NCBI GenBank assembly: GCA_948471525.1
Contig: CAOKSY010000003.1
Coordinates: forward strand, 15,265 to 79,264
Direction of reading: 5' to 3'
DNA length: 64,000 nt
Origin: an uncultured Clostridia bacterium
Lineage (GTDB): Bacteria > Bacillota > Clostridia > Christensenellales > UBA3700
Below are positions 61,220 through 64,000 of the stretch, one piece after another; the first letter of the stretch is position 1; every line of letters begins with the position of its first letter. The notes beneath the pieces were generated by a model, which saw nothing but the letters and a program-made list of their open reading frames with translations, was not told the DNA's origin and did not search any database. Made by a program: the position numbers and the translations under genes.

Positions 61220-61264
61220 AATAATAAACTTACGCCGCGAGCGCAACGTTATGCGGCTCGCGGC
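61220..61264 (-). terminator. terminator hairpin downstream of the DUF4091 gene
   Basis: GCCGCGAGC-(13 nt)-GCTCGCGGC, followed on the minus strand by GUAAGUUUAUUAU (a moderate U-tract). Confidence 0.45.
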
Positions 61265-61279
61265 AAGTCTAATATCATA

Positions 61280-62902
61280 TCACAATTTAGCTTTGATAGC
61301 GGCGTTGATCGCTTCCCTGATTTCCAACTGCCATTCATCGCTGTGAGGATATTCGGCAAAAGTTATCGGCTTTGACAGTCCGCTCTCCAATATACGCATT
61401 GTCTCTTCCCTTCCTATAAGACTCTCCGCAAGTTGAAGCGCGCGCATATCCTGCAAACCGTCGTTGAAAACATTGAGTCTTAAAGACTTGAGCGGCATTC
61501 CGTCTTTTCCCGGATATACTACATAGGAATCGCCCGAAGGGAAATATCCGCCCGCGTCGCTTTCTTTGAAAGGATCTAGAGCACCCACGGAAAGACGCTT
61601 GAACCAGAAATTGTATCCCCAATGCAAGAAGCCTTTTACACCGTATTTATAAAGTTGATATCCCAACACTCTGTTTCGCTGAGACGGCATAGAGAAAAAT
61701 CTATTGGAGACGTCCTTAAACTGCGCGCCGCAGTTGTAAGTCCAAAGTTGAGGAACGTTGCCGATAAAAGGAGCTATGTGGTCGGTCGCCGGGATAGGCA
61801 ATTTTACCAAGCCTTTTTTATAAAAATCATAATCGCTCAGAGCGTCGATTATTTCAAATTCTCCGAACAGCTCCTTTACTATCGAACTTGCCTTGCCGTA
61901 GCTGCGTTTTGCAATCGACATCGGCTCGTCGGATACATGGAAAAATACTCTGTCGAATACGCCTTTATCTCTGAGAAATCTCTTGAGTTCGGGAGCCAGC
62001 GCCGCAAGGAACGCGCGATATTTCTTTCCTGCGCCCCTTGTGTTCCAACCGAAAATACGCTTTTCGATTCCGTCCACCTTAGCTACGATCTTGGGACATT
62101 TTTTTGCGCCCCATTGCGTAAACAGATGCGACATCTCGTAATACTTAATGCCTATCCTTTCGCACATGTCTATCCACTTGCTCAGATTATCGAAAGCAAA
62201 AGTATAATTTCCGTCTTTGATCTCTACGTCGATCAGTTGGACGGTCTTTCTCTCTTTTCCGATCTTTGTATCGAGTGGCGGCGTAAAGATGGGAGTCAAA
62301 CACATATTCATTCCGTAATCGCAGGCCGTCTTGAGATAATTCTCGACGATCTCCCAATAGCGGTCGGAAAATACCGGCACGTCATAATAGTGAGCCAAGC
62401 AGTCGGTATGGAACCAGTTTGTATAGATCAAACTCTGTTGCGGCAAAAGCGCGTCAATAATATCCAAAGTAAAGTCTACGCTCTGAGTCGCTCCGTCGGC
62501 CTTGAGATATACCGAAACGACCGTCTCTTTGCACGGCAAAACGTCTTTTGGCGCAATTTCTATCCAAATACTTTTCCACTTATTCGCGACCAACTTTACC
62601 TCGCCGTCGCAAGGGATAAGCAGATCGGGAAAGTAGCCCGATTCTTTTCTGAGCGTATAGCTGTCCTGAGCGTTTGCGACAGGCATACCCGAATATATTT
62701 CCTCTACGACGTACAACTTTACATCATCGCCCAAATCCGATCTTACGGTCACTCCGAGAGCGCAGTCTACGTCGCCTTTTACCGCGATCTGTACGGACGC
62801 TTTCTCGTTTTTGAACATACTCAACTTGGAAAACGGTTTGGCAGTAGGCGCCTCATCCGAAAACACCTTGACCAGCGAACTCAACGGGATTATTTCTAAC
62901 AT
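61280..62902 (-). CDS. DUF4091 domain protein (glycoside-hydrolase-like)
   Basis: MLEIIPLSSLVKVFSDEAP...FKNEKASVQIAV... is the typical DUF4091 N-terminus. The start is trimmed to ATG 62902. Confidence 0.65.
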   Translation of the reverse strand: MLEIIPLSSLVKVFSDEAPTAKPFSKLSMFKNEKASVQIAVKGDVDCALGVTVRSDLGDDVKLYVVEEIYSGMPVANAQDSYTLRKESGYFPDLLIPCDGEVKLVANKWKSIWIEIAPKDVLPCKETVVSVYLKADGATQSVDFTLDIIDALLPQQSLIYTNWFHTDCLAHYYDVPVFSDRYWEIVENYLKTACDYGMNMCLTPIFTPPLDTKIGKERKTVQLIDVEIKDGNYTFAFDNLSKWIDMCERIGIKYYEMSHLFTQWGAKKCPKIVAKVDGIEKRIFGWNTRGAGKKYRAFLAALAPELKRFLRDKGVFDRVFFHVSDEPMSIAKRSYGKASSIVKELFGEFEIIDALSDYDFYKKGLVKLPIPATDHIAPFIGNVPQLWTYNCGAQFKDVSNRFFSMPSQRNRVLGYQLYKYGVKGFLHWGYNFWFKRLSVGALDPFKESDAGGYFPSGDSYVVYPGKDGMPLKSLRLNVFNDGLQDMRALQLAESLIGREETMRILESGLSKPITFAEYPHSDEWQLEIREAINAAIKAKL

Positions 62903-63029
62903 AATTATCTCCTCCGGACACATTGCTGTTCCGAATACATTCTAGCATAAATTTTGCAAAATATCAATATCAAAAACAAAAACGGCGCATAAACGCCGCT
63001 CAAATAAATCTATGTCGACAGCGGATATG

Positions 63030-63731
63030 CTATCTGCGCGACAACTCATCGATAAGTTTCTCCAACTCTCGATATCCGCCGACGGAATAATCAGGCACAA
63101 TATCCTTTATTTTCTTCCCCTCTCGATTAAAAAGTATAGTCTTTATTCCGCTGTTTATGCCGCCTTGAATATCCGAAGTCAGCGAATCACCGATGATATA
63201 CGTATCTTCGAGATCGTACTCCCCTATATCCGCAATCACTCTGTCAAAAAACGCTTTTGACGGTTTTGCAAGTCCCATCTCCTGAGATATGTACAGTTTT
63301 TTAAAATATCTTCCCAACCCGCTCGATTTCATTCTCATCTTTTGAGTTCGCGTAATGCCGTTGGTCACGCAATAGACGTCGTGTCTCAAGCTTATCCTAG
63401 ATAGAAATGCTCGCGCGCCGCGGATTATCCTCTTGCTGTGCGCCATATTCTCTTTGTAATCTTCGCCCAGCGCCACCGCGTCGAGACCTGTCAAACCGAA
63501 ATGATCGAATAGTTCTTCGAACCGCGTATAGAATATCTGCTCGCGCGTTATTTCCCCTCGCTCGAACATATCCCACATACGTCTGTTGATCTGTTTGAAT
63601 TTATCCGCTACCCTCTCGCCGTCGGCAATGCCGTGATCTTTGCACAGCAAAATTATCGAATCCCTTTCGGAATTGTCAAAGTCAAGCACGGTATCGTCTG
63701 CGTCGATAAGCAACGTAAGTCTCTTTTCCAT
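63030..63731 (-). CDS. HAD-superfamily hydrolase (subfamily IA, YjjG-like nucleotidase type)
   Basis: Motif I LLIDADDTVLDF, motif III K, motif IV YIIGDSLTSDIQGG. The start is trimmed to MEKRLTLL at 63731. Confidence 0.75.
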   Translation of the reverse strand: MEKRLTLLIDADDTVLDFDNSERDSIILLCKDHGIADGERVADKFKQINRRMWDMFERGEITREQIFYTRFEELFDHFGLTGLDAVALGEDYKENMAHSKRIIRGARAFLSRISLRHDVYCVTNGITRTQKMRMKSSGLGRYFKKLYISQEMGLAKPSKAFFDRVIADIGEYDLEDTYIIGDSLTSDIQGGINSGIKTILFNREGKKIKDIVPDYSVGGYRELEKLIDELSRR

Positions 63732-63824
63732 AATGTTATTATAACATATTATAAGAGATCTTAACAAATATTTAAACAAAGCGCGAACAAAAAATCGCAC
63801 GGCGATCAAACCGTACGATTTTTC

Positions 63825-63977
63825 TCATATCTGTTCGAATTCCTCTTTACCCATTCCGCAGGTAGGACAGAAAAATTCGTCGATATCGCTCCACTTCGTA
63901 CCGGGAGCTATTCCCGTTTCTTCGCAGCCTTTCTCTTCATCGTAGATCCAGCCGCATACTTTGCATACATATTTCAT
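63825..63977 (-). CDS. rd: rubredoxin
   Basis: Not in the ORF track (50 aa). The reverse complement reads MKYVCKVCGWIYDEEKGCEETGIAPGTKWSDIDEFFCPTCGMGKEEFEQI*, with CxxCG and CPxCG iron-binding pairs. Confidence 0.9.
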   Translation of the reverse strand: MKYVCKVCGWIYDEEKGCEETGIAPGTKWSDIDEFFCPTCGMGKEEFEQI

Positions 63978-64000
63978 GATCTAATACCTCCGTATTATAT

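Noticed and set aside
14339-62899. Other long opposite-strand ORFs, e.g. 14339-15193, 20477-21370, 21676-22455, 24145-24762, 25495-26214, 47843-48790, 57576-58763 and 61622-62899.
   Set aside because: Each fully overlaps a better-supported gene on the other strand, in the codon-aligned phase. None has an RBS or a recognisable motif.
15298-63809. N-terminal extensions given by the ORF track for nanK (16269), nanE (16901), the 2-hydroxyacid dehydrogenase (21397), rsmF-like (22835), spmB (43324), the kinase (52234), DUF4091 (62923), HAD (63809), lnu (36405), XRE (35468) and the immunity-like gene (38039).
   Set aside because: The extensions overlap upstream genes, start at non-ATG codons or lack an RBS. 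Internal ATGs with good Shine-Dalgarno spacing coincide with the conserved N-termini of the respective families.

Overview
The window looks like a chromosomal segment of a spore-forming, Clostridia-like Firmicute. This is inferred from spmA/spmB, Gram-positive RBS and sigma-A-like promoters, and the standard genetic code; no in-frame stops were seen in conserved genes. About 85% is densely packed, mostly minus-strand core and metabolic genes:

- rpoB-rpoC (rpoC runs off the left edge and is missing from the ORF track), rqcP(yabO)-ispDF, trmB and an Mrp/ApbC ATPase.
- A sialic-acid operon: mutarotase-like gene, sialidase, nanE, nanK, nanA.
- An aminotransferase, a 2-hydroxyacid dehydrogenase, rsmF-like, an exonuclease, asnA, glnS, fhs, mnmA, spmAB and an HtrA-like protease.
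- A TetR / beta-helix / OYE operon, rsmI, and an L-fucose operon (fucI, didomain aldolase, FGGY kinase).
- DUF4091, HAD, and a 50-aa rubredoxin that is also missing from the ORF track.
- Three tRNAs: Arg-CCG, Val-TAC and Val-GAC.

The most unusual signals are non-coding:

1. Both tRNA-Val genes are followed by a homologous mini-module of about 195 bp: a terminator hairpin, a conserved GC-rich block, and a 21-nt copy of that tRNA's own 3' end. At tRNA-Val(GAC) it forms a perfect 194-bp tandem array of 2.8 units. No integrase is present in the window.
2. The tRNA-Val(TAC) locus also carries an AT-rich islet flanked by direct repeats of about 70 bp. It encodes an XRE/TM/zinc-ribbon regulator, an Lnu(A)-family lincosamide nucleotidyltransferase and a GNAT. 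Next to it lies a putative orphan MuF-tail toxin/immunity pair.
3. An FMN (RFN) riboswitch with a terminator platform controls an ECF S-component that is translationally coupled to a PdxK-family kinase.
4. A gene-decay junction (a frameshifted and truncated beta-carbonic anhydrase abutting a glycosidase fragment) sits beside the fucose operon.

Many long ORFs in the track are codon-aligned antisense shadows of real genes and were rejected. All family assignments come from reading motifs by eye; no database search was run.
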